A stretch of DNA of 64,000 nt from an uncultured Eggerthellaceae bacterium (GCA_910588095.1 CAJUQH010000009.1:2606-66605), one strand, 5' to 3'. Positions 25,977 to 36,023 are shown, numbered from the stretch's first letter. A program made the numbers and translations. Notes: generated by a model not told the origin, from the letters alone.

Positions 25977-28900
25977 ATGCGAGCACCTGCTGTTTCTTTC
26001 GCACACAAGATCGCTGCTGCCACCCTGGCGGCTTTGCTGACGTTCACCCTCGTGCCTTTCGCCCATGCAGATGGGGAAGGGATTGGGGCCGAGGGGTCCG
26101 AGGGGGCATTCGGCTCAAGGGGTTCCGAAGCGAAGCAAGTACCTTTAGGTGCAACTTCGCTTCAACCCCCATCGGACCCCTCGACTGAGGCTGCTGATCC
26201 TTCCGTCACCCTGAGCGGAACCGCCGAAGGCGGCGAAGTCGAAGGATCCGATACAAAACCACTGACTTTGGCATCGGGGTTGGTCGGCACTCCCTCTAAC
26301 TTCATCAACTCCGACGTTGCCCTCGACAGCGAGCCCGTCATCGGTTCCTTCACGGTCGACGGCCTCACTTTCGCTGTTGCGGAAGGCTCGACCGTAGAGT
26401 TGGTAGGGGTCGCCGGGGCCGAGGGGGCATTCGGCTCAGAGGTTCCAACTTCGCCTCAACCCCCATCGGCCCCGACGCCCGAAGCTGTGAACCTTGTTCT
26501 TCCAGAAACCGTCGCTTACGAGGGCTCGGAATATACCCTCGCCTCCATAGCTCCCTACGCCTTATACCTCTCGGGCGTGACTGACGTCACGTTGCCTGCG
26601 AGCGTATCCGACGTGGACGACCGCGCATTCCGCTCAAGCGATGTGGCGAGCGTCACGGTTGCTGAAGGCAACCCAGCCTATTCCTCTTCCGACGGCGCCT
26701 TGTATGACGCCGACCAACTCAGCCTCTTGCTCATTCCCGAGGGCAAGCAGGGCACTGTCCGCATCCCGAAGACCGCAGAGGTGGCAGAGGCCAGCGTGTT
26801 CTCGCATTGCCCGCTGGCGGATTCCATCTCTGTGGATGCGGGCAGTGCAGCATTCGCCTCGGAGAATGGTCTTTTATACACGTCCGACCTCACGACCCTG
26901 CTCCGTGTACCAGCCGGTGCGACCGAGATAACTATCCGAGAGGGCTGCACGACCATAGCTGCCGGCGCCATGGAAGCTTGTGCTAACCTCACGACCATCA
27001 ACGCACCCGCGACCGTTACTTCAATCAGTCCTGATGTCTTCCACGCGATACCGACTGTGAGTCTGCCGGCTGCTTCTGTCATTCTGAGCGAAGCCGCTGA
27101 AGGCGGCGAAGCCGAAGAGCCCAATGAAAACCAAGCCAGCAAAGTTGGCGACCAACTTACCGCCATGGTCGCTCTGTCCTCGACTGATGATGACCTGTTG
27201 GAGGTTAGACCCTTTGCAATCGAAGTTGAGTTGCCTGAGGGGGTCGACACGGCCGTCTGGCAGCATCGGGAATTTCTTATAAATGAAACCTCTTTTGAAG
27301 ATAATGGACAACCTGTTGAAGCCGCCTTGGAAAGAGAGCTTCAGACATCAGAAACATATGCTGCTGGCACCTATACCCTTATCGTGTACTCGGGTAGCTA
27401 TGGAGGTACCATCAGCGGCTCGGAAGCAGGGTCAGGAAATCCGCTAACAATAACCGGAGTTACGCGCTTCACAGCATACGGGCCAAGTTCTGCTGGAAGG
27501 GGGTCTCTTCAGTATTTAAAAAATGGGTCGCTGTATCAAGTTACCGCAGCGCGGGGCAGCTCTGTTTCTTTGATTGGATGGAACGTAATGGGCGTGGGCT
27601 GGGCTCGGGATTCAGGGGATGTTACGATGCAGTCTCCACAGAATTCCATGGAAGTTACTGTTGCGGCAATTTGGAGTGATTTCACTTATAGGGTGAACTA
27701 TAACCTCAATGGGGGTATCCAAAATTACTGGAATGGGTGGGCCTATCATCCTGGCGAAAGGATAACCTTCGCTACTCCTACTAAGCTGGGTTATGACTTT
27801 GGCGGCTGGTATAACAACGCTGCTCTCTCTGGAAGTCGAATCGAATCAGTGACAAGCGTGGCGGGAGGGTCGCTGTCTCTTTGGGCAAAATGGATCCCCA
27901 AGACTTATCAGTTGAGCTATAGCCTCGACAATGGATCCTGGGTCGGCCCGATTCCCGCAAGAGACACCTACACCATCGAGACGCCTACGTTCGTGCTGCC
28001 GTCTGTGGAGAGGAAAGGCTATGCCTTCTCTGGTTGGTCAGGAACAGGCCTCACCGGTTCTGCCAACAAGACGGTCACCATCGCAAATGGCTCTACCGGT
28101 AATCGCTCCTATACAGCTCACTGGACCCCCAACTCCTATACCGTCCAGTACCGCAACAAAGCAGACACGGCCACTCTGTCTACTGATGCAGGCTTCAAGT
28201 ACGATACGGCAAGAGCTCTTGCAGCCAAGCCGACGAGCGGCGTCAGCGCAGGCTATACCGCAGTGGGCTGGGCAACGGCGAAGGACCAATCGAGCGCGAC
28301 GTATGCGTTTGGCAGCTCTCAGAAGAACCTCGCGACCTCAGGCACGAGGAAGCTCTACCTAGCCGAGAAGGCCAACCCCTACGCCATCGCCTTCGATTCC
28401 CAAGGCGGCCCAGAAGTGCCCTCCATCGGCGCCACCTACGACCAGGACGTGACGCTGCCAGCGCCAGGTGCCCGCAACGGGTACCGGTTCCTAGGATGGA
28501 ACACGAAAGCCGACGGCAGCGGGACGGCCTATCAAGCAGGTGTGGTCCTCGCCAAGCCCAACCTCGCCACGAGCGGCACGGCCACGCTCTTCGCCCAGTG
28601 GGATGCGGTCATATCGGCGGTGGTCCCCCTTGAGGTGCAAGCCCAAGTCGACGTGCTCGGGCTGGAAGCGCCCAAGGAGGCGCAAGGCTGCATCGAGTCG
28701 CGCTGCGGCGAGCCTCTTAAGGTGGCAAGGGTGGACCTCACCCCGCTTGACGGCGCAGCCGAGCTGTTCGGCGAGGGCAACGTATCTGACGTGTTCCTCG
28801 AGGTGCTGGCAGAAGGCAGCACCTCTCCCAACGCCCGCTTCTCCTTGGGCTCTTCCGCAACCGAATCCGACGCATCCAAGCTCCAAGCCTTCACCATGGC

Positions 28901-29027
28901 AAGCTACGGCACGCGGATGCCCATAAGCTACCGGTTCGCCATGCCGTCTGACGTGCAGACCTCGCTTCTCGAGCATGCCGACCCGAAGCCGGTCTGCACG
29001 GTGGCGTATACGGTGGCTTTGGCGTAG
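25977..29027 (+). CDS. Large secreted surface protein, intact (signal peptide, BspA-type LRR, Flg_new repeats, family C-terminal domain)
   Basis: 1016 aa. Signal peptide 'MRAPAVSFAHKIAAATLAALLTFTLVPFAHA'. LRR_5-like 'IAPYALYLSGVTDVTLPASVSDVDDRAF'. Several 'GY.F.GW' Flg_new repeats. C-terminus '...KPVCTVAYTVALA'. Confidence 0.9.
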   Translation: MRAPAVSFAHKIAAATLAALLTFTLVPFAHADGEGIGAEGSEGAFGSRGSEAKQVPLGATSLQPPSDPSTEAADPSVTLSGTAEGGEVEGSDTKPLTLASGLVGTPSNFINSDVALDSEPVIGSFTVDGLTFAVAEGSTVELVGVAGAEGAFGSEVPTSPQPPSAPTPEAVNLVLPETVAYEGSEYTLASIAPYALYLSGVTDVTLPASVSDVDDRAFRSSDVASVTVAEGNPAYSSSDGALYDADQLSLLLIPEGKQGTVRIPKTAEVAEASVFSHCPLADSISVDAGSAAFASENGLLYTSDLTTLLRVPAGATEITIREGCTTIAAGAMEACANLTTINAPATVTSISPDVFHAIPTVSLPAASVILSEAAEGGEAEEPNENQASKVGDQLTAMVALSSTDDDLLEVRPFAIEVELPEGVDTAVWQHREFLINETSFEDNGQPVEAALERELQTSETYAAGTYTLIVYSGSYGGTISGSEAGSGNPLTITGVTRFTAYGPSSAGRGSLQYLKNGSLYQVTAARGSSVSLIGWNVMGVGWARDSGDVTMQSPQNSMEVTVAAIWSDFTYRVNYNLNGGIQNYWNGWAYHPGERITFATPTKLGYDFGGWYNNAALSGSRIESVTSVAGGSLSLWAKWIPKTYQLSYSLDNGSWVGPIPARDTYTIETPTFVLPSVERKGYAFSGWSGTGLTGSANKTVTIANGSTGNRSYTAHWTPNSYTVQYRNKADTATLSTDAGFKYDTARALAAKPTSGVSAGYTAVGWATAKDQSSATYAFGSSQKNLATSGTRKLYLAEKANPYAIAFDSQGGPEVPSIGATYDQDVTLPAPGARNGYRFLGWNTKADGSGTAYQAGVVLAKPNLATSGTATLFAQWDAVISAVVPLEVQAQVDVLGLEAPKEAQGCIESRCGEPLKVARVDLTPLDGAAELFGEGNVSDVFLEVLAEGSTSPNARFSLGSSATESDASKLQAFTMASYGTRMPISYRFAMPSDVQTSLLEHADPKPVCTVAYTVALA

Positions 29028-29096
29028 CTCTCGCAGCGGCTGCTTCGTGCAGGGCGACGGCGTGACGAATCGCGAGTTGGGCGTTGGATAAGAGTC

Positions 29097-29127
29097 GGGC
29101 CGGTGAGAAGGGGAATCTCACCGGCCC
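29097..29127 (+). terminator. Strong hairpin downstream of surface gene B (12-bp perfect stem, no clear T-tract)
   Basis: GGGCCGGTGAGA-aggggaa-TCTCACCGGCCC. Confidence 0.4.
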
Positions 29128-29338
29128 ATAAGGAGGGGATGATGCGGTTCCCTAAGAACCGCTTCTGCTTTATGTAAGCAGGCGATCAAGAGAGAGGAGG
29201 GAGTAAACTCTTGCTCGCTGGTGCTCAGTATAGCGACCACCCTTGAATAACTCATGAACCGGTCATGGTGGAATTGTGAATTTCTGCTCATAACAAAACA
29301 TTTGTTCGCATTATGAATCAGTGCTAACATACGGTTCC

Positions 29339-30661
29339 ATGGACACCCTCTTCACAGAGATCGAGAACGAAGAGCGCCTGAAGGTGGCGCCCCTCGCCGT
29401 GCGCATGCGCCCGCGCAGCCTTGACGAGTTGGTGGGGCAGCAGGCCGCGGTGGGCGAGGGCAGCTGGCTGCGCACCGCCATCGACAACGATTCCCTTAGC
29501 TCGGTCATCCTGTTCGGCCCTGCGGGCACCGGCAAGACCTCGCTCGCCCATATAATCGCCGAGCGCACCGAATCGGAGTTCGTGGAGGTGTCGGCCATCG
29601 GCGGCACCGTGGCCGACTTGCGTCGCGAGATAGACGCGGCTCAGCAACGGCTCCTGGCCAGCGGCCGCACCACCATCCTGTTCGTCGACGAGATACACCG
29701 CTTCAATCGCAGCCAGCAGGACGCGCTGCTCCATGCGGTCGAGAACCGGCTCGTGGTGCTGGTAGGTGCCACTACTGAGAACCCCTTCTTCGAGGTGAAC
29801 AGCGCTCTCATCTCGCGCTCGCGCGTGGTGGAGCTGCACGGCCTTTCCGACGACGACATAGCCGAGCTGGTGGGTAGGGCCGCTGCCGACGAGCGCGGGC
29901 TGGGCGGCCGCTACGTCATCGCCGATGATGCGCGCGAGGCCCTGGTCATGCTGTCGGGGGGCGATGGTCGCGCATCCCTCACCACCTTGGAGCTGGCGGC
30001 GGGTATGGTGGAGCCGGGCACCCCTGAGGCGCCAGCCACCATCACCGAAGCCACGGTGCGTGCCGCCAACCCGCATCGGGCGCTGCCCTACGACAAGAAC
30101 AAGGACATGCACTACGACGTCATATCGGCGTTCATCAAGTCCATGCGCGGCAGCGACCCCGACGCTGCGGTGTACTGGCTCGCCCGCATGATAGACGGCG
30201 GCGAAGACCCGAAGTTCATCGCCCGGCGCATGTACATAGCTGCTTCCGAGGACATCGGCAACGCCGACCCCAACGCGCTTCTGGTGGCTGCTGCCGCCTT
30301 CCGCGCGGCTGAGGTCATCGGCTACCCGGAATGCCGCATCAACCTGGCCCAGGCCGCCATCTACCTGGCGCTGGCCCCCAAGTCCAACGCGGCCGAAGCC
30401 GCCATCGACGCGGCGCTGCAAGAGGTGCGCCATGGCCCGGCCCGCAACGTGCCCGACCACCTGCGCGACCGCCACCGCCCCGGCTCGGAGGACTACGGCA
30501 CCTACAAGTACCCCCATGCCTACCCCGGCGGCTGGGTGGACCAGCGTTACCTTCCCGAAGGGCTCGACCGCGGCTGCTTCTACCAGCCCAGCGAGCGCGG
30601 CTGGGAGGCCTATCGCGTCGATGCGGCCGCTCGTGACCGCGCCGATGCTACCAACGAATAA
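29339..30661 (+). CDS. rarA: Replication-associated recombination protein A (MgsA/RarA AAA+ ATPase)
   Basis: 'GPAGTGKTSLAHII', 'ILFVDEIHRFN', 'HYDVISAFIKSMRGSDPDAAVYWLARM'. Confidence 0.9.
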   Translation: MDTLFTEIENEERLKVAPLAVRMRPRSLDELVGQQAAVGEGSWLRTAIDNDSLSSVILFGPAGTGKTSLAHIIAERTESEFVEVSAIGGTVADLRREIDAAQQRLLASGRTTILFVDEIHRFNRSQQDALLHAVENRLVVLVGATTENPFFEVNSALISRSRVVELHGLSDDDIAELVGRAAADERGLGGRYVIADDAREALVMLSGGDGRASLTTLELAAGMVEPGTPEAPATITEATVRAANPHRALPYDKNKDMHYDVISAFIKSMRGSDPDAAVYWLARMIDGGEDPKFIARRMYIAASEDIGNADPNALLVAAAAFRAAEVIGYPECRINLAQAAIYLALAPKSNAAEAAIDAALQEVRHGPARNVPDHLRDRHRPGSEDYGTYKYPHAYPGGWVDQRYLPEGLDRGCFYQPSERGWEAYRVDAAARDRADATNE

Positions 30662-30801
30662 CGGTTCAATAACCCCTGGGATATGACCCCGGGCGACAGC
30701 GTGCGCTTCGGGCATACTTTCGCTACGAACTCAGCCGGGCCCGGCAAGCGTGGGCGCGGCGTAGTGCTATAGTAACCAGCGGCTGAACAAGGAGGCGCAC
30801 C

Positions 30802-31497
30802 ATGGTCATCGAGGACATCCTTTCCATCATCACGCCCATCGTATTCATCGTCGTCGGCGCGGGCTTGGTGTGGCTCGTCATAGAGCTTGCCCTTACCGTG
30901 CGCAAGGCGCGCGGCACCGTGGATGACGTCAAGAAGCAGCTCGACCCCACCCTGGAGTCGGTGCAGAAGATAACGGCCTCCATCGAGCCCATCGTCACCA
31001 AGGTCGATCCGCTCATGGACCGCGTGTCGCTCACCGTGGACGCTGCGAACCTCGAGATAATGCGCGTCGACCAGATACTCGAGGACGTCTCGCAGATAAC
31101 CGCGACCACCACCAAGACCATGGATGCCGTGGGCAGCATCACCAACGCCCCACTCGACCTGGTCAATTCCGTCACTGACAAGGTACGCTCGAAGTTCAAG
31201 AAGCGCGATGCCAGCAACGTGTCGGTGCAGCTGGGCACCGCCGAGGGCACAGAAGGCTCCAACCAGGGCACCGTGAAGAACTTCGTCGATGCGAGCGTCG
31301 ACATCGCCTCTGCCGCTGTCACCGAGCAGAAGGACAAGATGGCCCAGCACAAGGCCGAGCGCGCTGAGAAGGCCGCCGCCCAGCAGGAGGCCACCGACAA
31401 GATGAACGCGACGGCGGCCACGCTGTCCGACGCCATGTTCGAGAAGGCCGACGAGGACGCTGCCTCCGGCACGCCGGTGCCGGGCGTCGCGAAATAG
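30802..31497 (+). CDS. DUF948-like membrane-anchored coiled-coil protein
   Basis: N-terminal TM 'IITPIVFIVVGAGLVWLVIELAL', followed by repeated helical segments. Confidence 0.55.
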   Translation: MVIEDILSIITPIVFIVVGAGLVWLVIELALTVRKARGTVDDVKKQLDPTLESVQKITASIEPIVTKVDPLMDRVSLTVDAANLEIMRVDQILEDVSQITATTTKTMDAVGSITNAPLDLVNSVTDKVRSKFKKRDASNVSVQLGTAEGTEGSNQGTVKNFVDASVDIASAAVTEQKDKMAQHKAERAEKAAAQQEATDKMNATAATLSDAMFEKADEDAASGTPVPGVAK

Positions 31498-31506
31498 CAG
31501 GCTGCC

Positions 31507-32841
31507 ATGGCTGAGGTGACCGCAACCGCAACGAACGCGAGCCCGGAAGCCCCTGGCAGCAAGCCGGGCTCGGGCTCGTCCAGCAAGCTGCGCAACGCCT
31601 TCATGGGCGTTTGGACCGCCGTGGGCGTCATCCTGCTCACCGGGGTGGCCGTCTACCTGCTCAACATCCTCTCGCTGCCGGTATCCATCCTCATATGGAC
31701 CGCGGTGTTCGTGTTCTGCCTGCGCGGCATGGTGAACAAGCTCGAGCGCCGCGGCGTGAACCGCGTGCTGGGCACCACGCTGGCCTATGTGGCCATGTTC
31801 GTAGTGGTGGGCATCATCGGGTTGCTTCTGTTCTCGCCCATGTTCGGCCTGAACGACCAGTTCCGCTCGCTCATAGAGAGCGTGCCCCATTACGTCGACG
31901 GCATCATGGCCTGGGGCAACGACCTGTATAGCCGCTACTCCAACATCCTGGGCGACGAGCAGCTGAAGCACCTGTTCGACAGCGTGCAGGGCTCGTTCGG
32001 GGAATGGGCCTCGTCGTTGGCCTCCATGAGCGCCAGCGGCTTGGTGAACGTGGGCGCGAGCGCGGCCAACGCCGTGACTGCCGTGGGCTTCGCGCTGGTC
32101 ATCGCGTTCTGGATCCTCATGGCGCTGCCGTCGCTCGGCCGTGAGGTCAAGCGCTTGGCCGGCAGCAAGCATGCTGAGGACCTGGCGTTCCTGCACTTCA
32201 CCTTCACGCGCGTCATGGGCGGCTACATCAAGGGCACGCTCATCCAGTGCCTCATCATCGGCGTGGTGTGCGGCATCCTGTTCACCATCATCGGCGTGCC
32301 CAACGCGGCGGCCATTGGCGGCATCACCGGCGTGCTGAACATCCTGCCCATCATCGGCCCATGGCTCGGCGGCGGCGCAGCGGCTATCATGGCGCTGTTC
32401 GTGAGCCCGTTGTCGGCCATCATCGCGCTGGCGGGCACCATCATCATCCAGCAAGCGGTCTACACGTTCATATCCCCCAAGATAATGGGCGACTCGGTGG
32501 AGATCCATCCGGCGCTCATGATATTCGCCCTCATGTGCGGCAGCGCCATCGGCATGGCCATGAGCGGCATGCTGGGCGCGCTGGTGGGCATGCTGGTGTC
32601 CATCCCTGCGGTGGCGGTGCTCAAGGCCTGTTTCGCCTATTGGTTCGAGAAGCACACGGGCCGCGGCCTCGTAGCGGCTGACGGCGTGTTCTTCCAGGGT
32701 GACCCGGCCAAGACCCACAAGGCGTTCATGGAGATGGAGCACGAAAGCGTTGCGGACGACGTGCCTGCAGATGACGCGCCTGCATCCGATGCGCACGGCA
32801 AGGAGCCCGAGCCTTCATCGAGCAAGAGTTCTGGCAGGTAA
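31507..32841 (+). CDS. AI-2E family transporter (PerM-like permease)
   Basis: 444-aa polytopic protein with a family-typical layout ('...GVLNILPIIGPWLGG...'). Confidence 0.7.
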   Translation: MAEVTATATNASPEAPGSKPGSGSSSKLRNAFMGVWTAVGVILLTGVAVYLLNILSLPVSILIWTAVFVFCLRGMVNKLERRGVNRVLGTTLAYVAMFVVVGIIGLLLFSPMFGLNDQFRSLIESVPHYVDGIMAWGNDLYSRYSNILGDEQLKHLFDSVQGSFGEWASSLASMSASGLVNVGASAANAVTAVGFALVIAFWILMALPSLGREVKRLAGSKHAEDLAFLHFTFTRVMGGYIKGTLIQCLIIGVVCGILFTIIGVPNAAAIGGITGVLNILPIIGPWLGGGAAAIMALFVSPLSAIIALAGTIIIQQAVYTFISPKIMGDSVEIHPALMIFALMCGSAIGMAMSGMLGALVGMLVSIPAVAVLKACFAYWFEKHTGRGLVAADGVFFQGDPAKTHKAFMEMEHESVADDVPADDAPASDAHGKEPEPSSSKSSGR

Positions 32842-32934
32842 CCGCCGCAGAACCGACTATAATAGGGAAAACTTCCGGCGCCCGCCATGGGCGCCTTCGT
32901 CATGCCGTCATCCTACGAAAGGCCGAAGACCGCT

Positions 32935-35571
32935 ATGGAGTACATGACCACTGCCGAGATACGCGAGAAGTACCTGCGTTACTTCGAGGAGAAGGGCTGC
33001 AAGCGCATGCCGTCCAGCTCGCTCATCCCCGACGACCCGTCGTTGCTGCTGACGAGCGCCGGCATGGTGCAGTTCAAGCCCTACTTCCTGCAGCAGAAGC
33101 AGCTCGAGGCCCCCTACATCGGCACGACCACCGTGCAGAAGTGCGTGCGCACCAACGACATCGACATAATCGGCACCACCGGCCGCCATCTGAGCTTCTT
33201 CGAGATGCTGGGCAACTTCAGCTTCGGCGCCTACTTCAAGAAGGAGATGTGCGCCTGGGCCTACGACTTCTCGGTCAACGTGCTGGGCCTGCCGCCCGAG
33301 AAGCTGTACTTCACCGTGTTCGAGGACGACGACGAGACCATCGGGATATGGAAGGACCTGGGCGTTCCCGAGGACCACATCTCGCGCTTGGGCGAGGATG
33401 ACAACTTCTGGCGCGCCGGCCCCACCGGCCCGTGCGGCCCGTGCTCCGAGCTGTACTTCGACCAGGGTCCCGAGTTCGGCTGCGGCAGCCCCGACTGCGC
33501 GCCGGGTTGCGACTGCGACCGCTTCCTCGAGTACTGGAACTGCGTCTTCACCCAGTATGACGGCCAGGAGGACGGCACGCTGGAGCCGCTGCCCAAGAAG
33601 AACATCGACACCGGCATGGGCCTCGAGCGCATCGCGGCCATCATGCAGGGCGTGCAATCCAACTACGAGACCGACGTGCTGCGCAGCTTGGTGGCGGTGG
33701 GCGAGCGCCTGGCCGGCGTCACCTACGGCGACGACCCCGACACCGACCTGAGCCTGCGCATCATGGCCGACCACAGCCGCGCGGTGACGTTCATGATCGC
33801 CGACGGCATCCTGCCCTCGAACGAAGGCCGCGGCTACGTGCTGCGCCGCCTGCTGCGCCGTGCCATCATGAAGGCGCACCTCATCGGCATCGAGGGCCCC
33901 TTCCTCAACGAGTACGTGGACGAGATCGTGCGCCTCATGGGCGACGTCTATCCCGAGATCGTGGAGAACCGCGAGCTGGAGCGCAAGCTCATCTTGGCCG
34001 AGGAGGAGCGCTTCGGCGCCACCCTCAAGACCGGCCAAGCCTACCTGGCCGATGAGCTGGACGCCCTGGAGGGCACCGAGCTTTCCGGCGAGGCGGCCTT
34101 CACGCTGCATGACACCTACGGCTTTCCCGTGGAGATAACGGCCGAGATAGCCGAGGGCCGTGGTTTCACCGTGGACATGGACGGCTTCGCCCGCGCCATG
34201 GAAGCCCAGCGCGAGCGCGCTCGCGCTGCCGGCGCCAAGGACGCGGAAGCTGCCTGGTCGACCTACGGCGGCATCTACGCCGACACGTTGTCAGAGGTGG
34301 GCGCCACTCGCTTCGTGGGCTACGGCTCGCTGGAAGCGGAAGCCACCGTGGCCGCGCTCATCGTGCGCGGCGAGCGCGTGGAGCGCATCGAGGACGGGCA
34401 GCAGGGCGAAGCCGTGCTGGACACGACCCCCTTCTATGCCGAGATGGGCGGCGAGGTGGGCGACACCGGCGAGCTGCTGAACGGCGAGGCGCGCGCCTAC
34501 GTCACCGACACCACCACGCCCGAGGCGGGGCTGTACGTGCATGCCGTCACCGTGGAGGGCGCGCCATTGAGCGTGGGCGACAAGGTGGTCGCGCGCGTGG
34601 CCCGCAACCGCCGCGCCGCCATCGAGCGCAACCACACTGCCACCCATATACTGCACGCCGCGCTGCGCACCGTGCTGGGCGACCACGTGAAGCAGGCTGG
34701 CTCCTACGTGGGGCCCGATCGCCTGCGCTTCGACTTCACCCATTTCGAGGCCATGACGCCCGAGCAGATCGCCGAGGTGGAGCGCGTCGCCAACAACCAG
34801 GTGATGGAGGCGGTGCCCACCACCACCTACACCACGTCGCTCGACGATGCGCGGGCCAAGGGCGTCACGGCGCTGTTCGGCGAGAAGTACGGCGAGGAAG
34901 TGCGCGTGGTGGAAGCTGGCGGCTTCTCGCGCGAGCTGTGCGGCGGCTGCCATGTGTCCAACACGGCCGAGATAGGCTTCGTGAAGATAACGAGCGAGTC
35001 CAGCGTGGGCGCCAACCTGCGCCGCATCGAGGCGGTGACCAGCTACGGCGCGCTGGAGTACATGAACCGCATCGAGGCCGAACTGCGCGAGACGGCAGCC
35101 GAGCTGAAGGTGCCGCTGTTCGATGTGAGCGAGCGCACGGCTGCCAACATCAAGACGCTCAAAGAGGTTCAGCAGGCAGCCAAGCGCGGCAAGGAAGCGG
35201 TCTCCGACGACGGCATCAACAAGCTGCTGGGCCTGGTGGTGCAGGCGCCAGCTGGCTACCCGGTCATCATTGCCGAGGCGCCGGCCCAGCAGTCGGGCGG
35301 CCAGCGCCACCTGTGGGACGTGGTGCGGGCGCGCATGGGCGAGCCGGGCGCCATGGTCATCGCTGGCGAGTCCGACGGCAAGGCCGTGCTCATGGCCGCT
35401 GGCACCGATGAGGCGGTGGCCAAGGGCTTCGACGCGGCGGCGCTGATAAGGGCCATGGGTCCGGCCATCGGCGGCGGTGGCGGCGGCAAGCCCACCATGG
35501 CCCAGGCGGGCGGCAAGAACGCTGCGGGCATCGCCGAGGCGCTGGGCATCGCACGGGACATGCTGCTGTAG
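32935..35571 (+). CDS. alaS: Alanine--tRNA ligase
   Basis: 'AEIREKYLRYFEEKG', 'FEMLGNFSFG', 'HTATHILH', C-terminal 'GGGGGKPTMAQAGG'. Alternative starts are 32887 and 32944. Confidence 0.9.
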   Translation: MEYMTTAEIREKYLRYFEEKGCKRMPSSSLIPDDPSLLLTSAGMVQFKPYFLQQKQLEAPYIGTTTVQKCVRTNDIDIIGTTGRHLSFFEMLGNFSFGAYFKKEMCAWAYDFSVNVLGLPPEKLYFTVFEDDDETIGIWKDLGVPEDHISRLGEDDNFWRAGPTGPCGPCSELYFDQGPEFGCGSPDCAPGCDCDRFLEYWNCVFTQYDGQEDGTLEPLPKKNIDTGMGLERIAAIMQGVQSNYETDVLRSLVAVGERLAGVTYGDDPDTDLSLRIMADHSRAVTFMIADGILPSNEGRGYVLRRLLRRAIMKAHLIGIEGPFLNEYVDEIVRLMGDVYPEIVENRELERKLILAEEERFGATLKTGQAYLADELDALEGTELSGEAAFTLHDTYGFPVEITAEIAEGRGFTVDMDGFARAMEAQRERARAAGAKDAEAAWSTYGGIYADTLSEVGATRFVGYGSLEAEATVAALIVRGERVERIEDGQQGEAVLDTTPFYAEMGGEVGDTGELLNGEARAYVTDTTTPEAGLYVHAVTVEGAPLSVGDKVVARVARNRRAAIERNHTATHILHAALRTVLGDHVKQAGSYVGPDRLRFDFTHFEAMTPEQIAEVERVANNQVMEAVPTTTYTTSLDDARAKGVTALFGEKYGEEVRVVEAGGFSRELCGGCHVSNTAEIGFVKITSESSVGANLRRIEAVTSYGALEYMNRIEAELRETAAELKVPLFDVSERTAANIKTLKEVQQAAKRGKEAVSDDGINKLLGLVVQAPAGYPVIIAEAPAQQSGGQRHLWDVVRARMGEPGAMVIAGESDGKAVLMAAGTDEAVAKGFDAAALIRAMGPAIGGGGGGKPTMAQAGGKNAAGIAEALGIARDMLL

Positions 35572-35603
35572 GGCGACGCGAGCCCTTCCAGTCAAGGCGC
35601 ACC

Positions 35604-36023
35604 ATGCGCATCATGGCGCTCGACATAGGCGAGAAGCGCACGGGCATCGCCATCAGCGACCCGGCCGAGCGCGTCGCCAGCCCGGTGTGCGTGCTGCCCA
35701 CGGCCGAGGTAGTGGCTGGTGCCGCTCCCTTCCGCCGCGTGCTGGATGACTGGGAGCCCGAGCTGCTGGTGTGCGGGCTGCCGCTCACGCTGGCAGGCGA
35801 GGAAGGCCCGCAGGCCGCGCGCATCCGCGAGGCGGCTGTCGCCATAGGCCAAGCGGCGCAGCTCGCCTGCGAATTCTGCGACGAGCGCCTGAGCTCGGCC
35901 GAGGCGAAGCGCATCCTGCGCGAAAAGGGGTATACTGAGAAGACCATGCGCGGCAAAGTGGACATGATAGCCGCCAGTCTCTTCTTGCAGGCGTGGCTCG
36001 ATGGCCGCGCACCACGCACCTGA
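35604..36023 (+). CDS. ruvX: Holliday junction resolvase-like protein RuvX/YqgF
   Basis: 'MRIMALDIGEKRTGIAISD'. Confidence 0.9.
   Translation: MRIMALDIGEKRTGIAISDPAERVASPVCVLPTAEVVAGAAPFRRVLDDWEPELLVCGLPLTLAGEEGPQAARIREAAVAIGQAAQLACEFCDERLSSAEAKRILREKGYTEKTMRGKVDMIAASLFLQAWLDGRAPRT

Noticed and set aside
29144-29172. Second small hairpin (GCGGTTC-cctaa-GAACCGC) with a T-containing tail after surface locus B, as a terminator.
   Set aside because: The stem is only 7 bp and the tail is weak. The stronger 12-bp hairpin at 29097..29127 is reported instead, and even that lacks a T-tract.
29118-29330. 70-aa - strand ORF in the low-GC spacer before rarA.
   Set aside because: No RBS or motifs. It lies across the likely rarA promoter region and is probably not a real gene.
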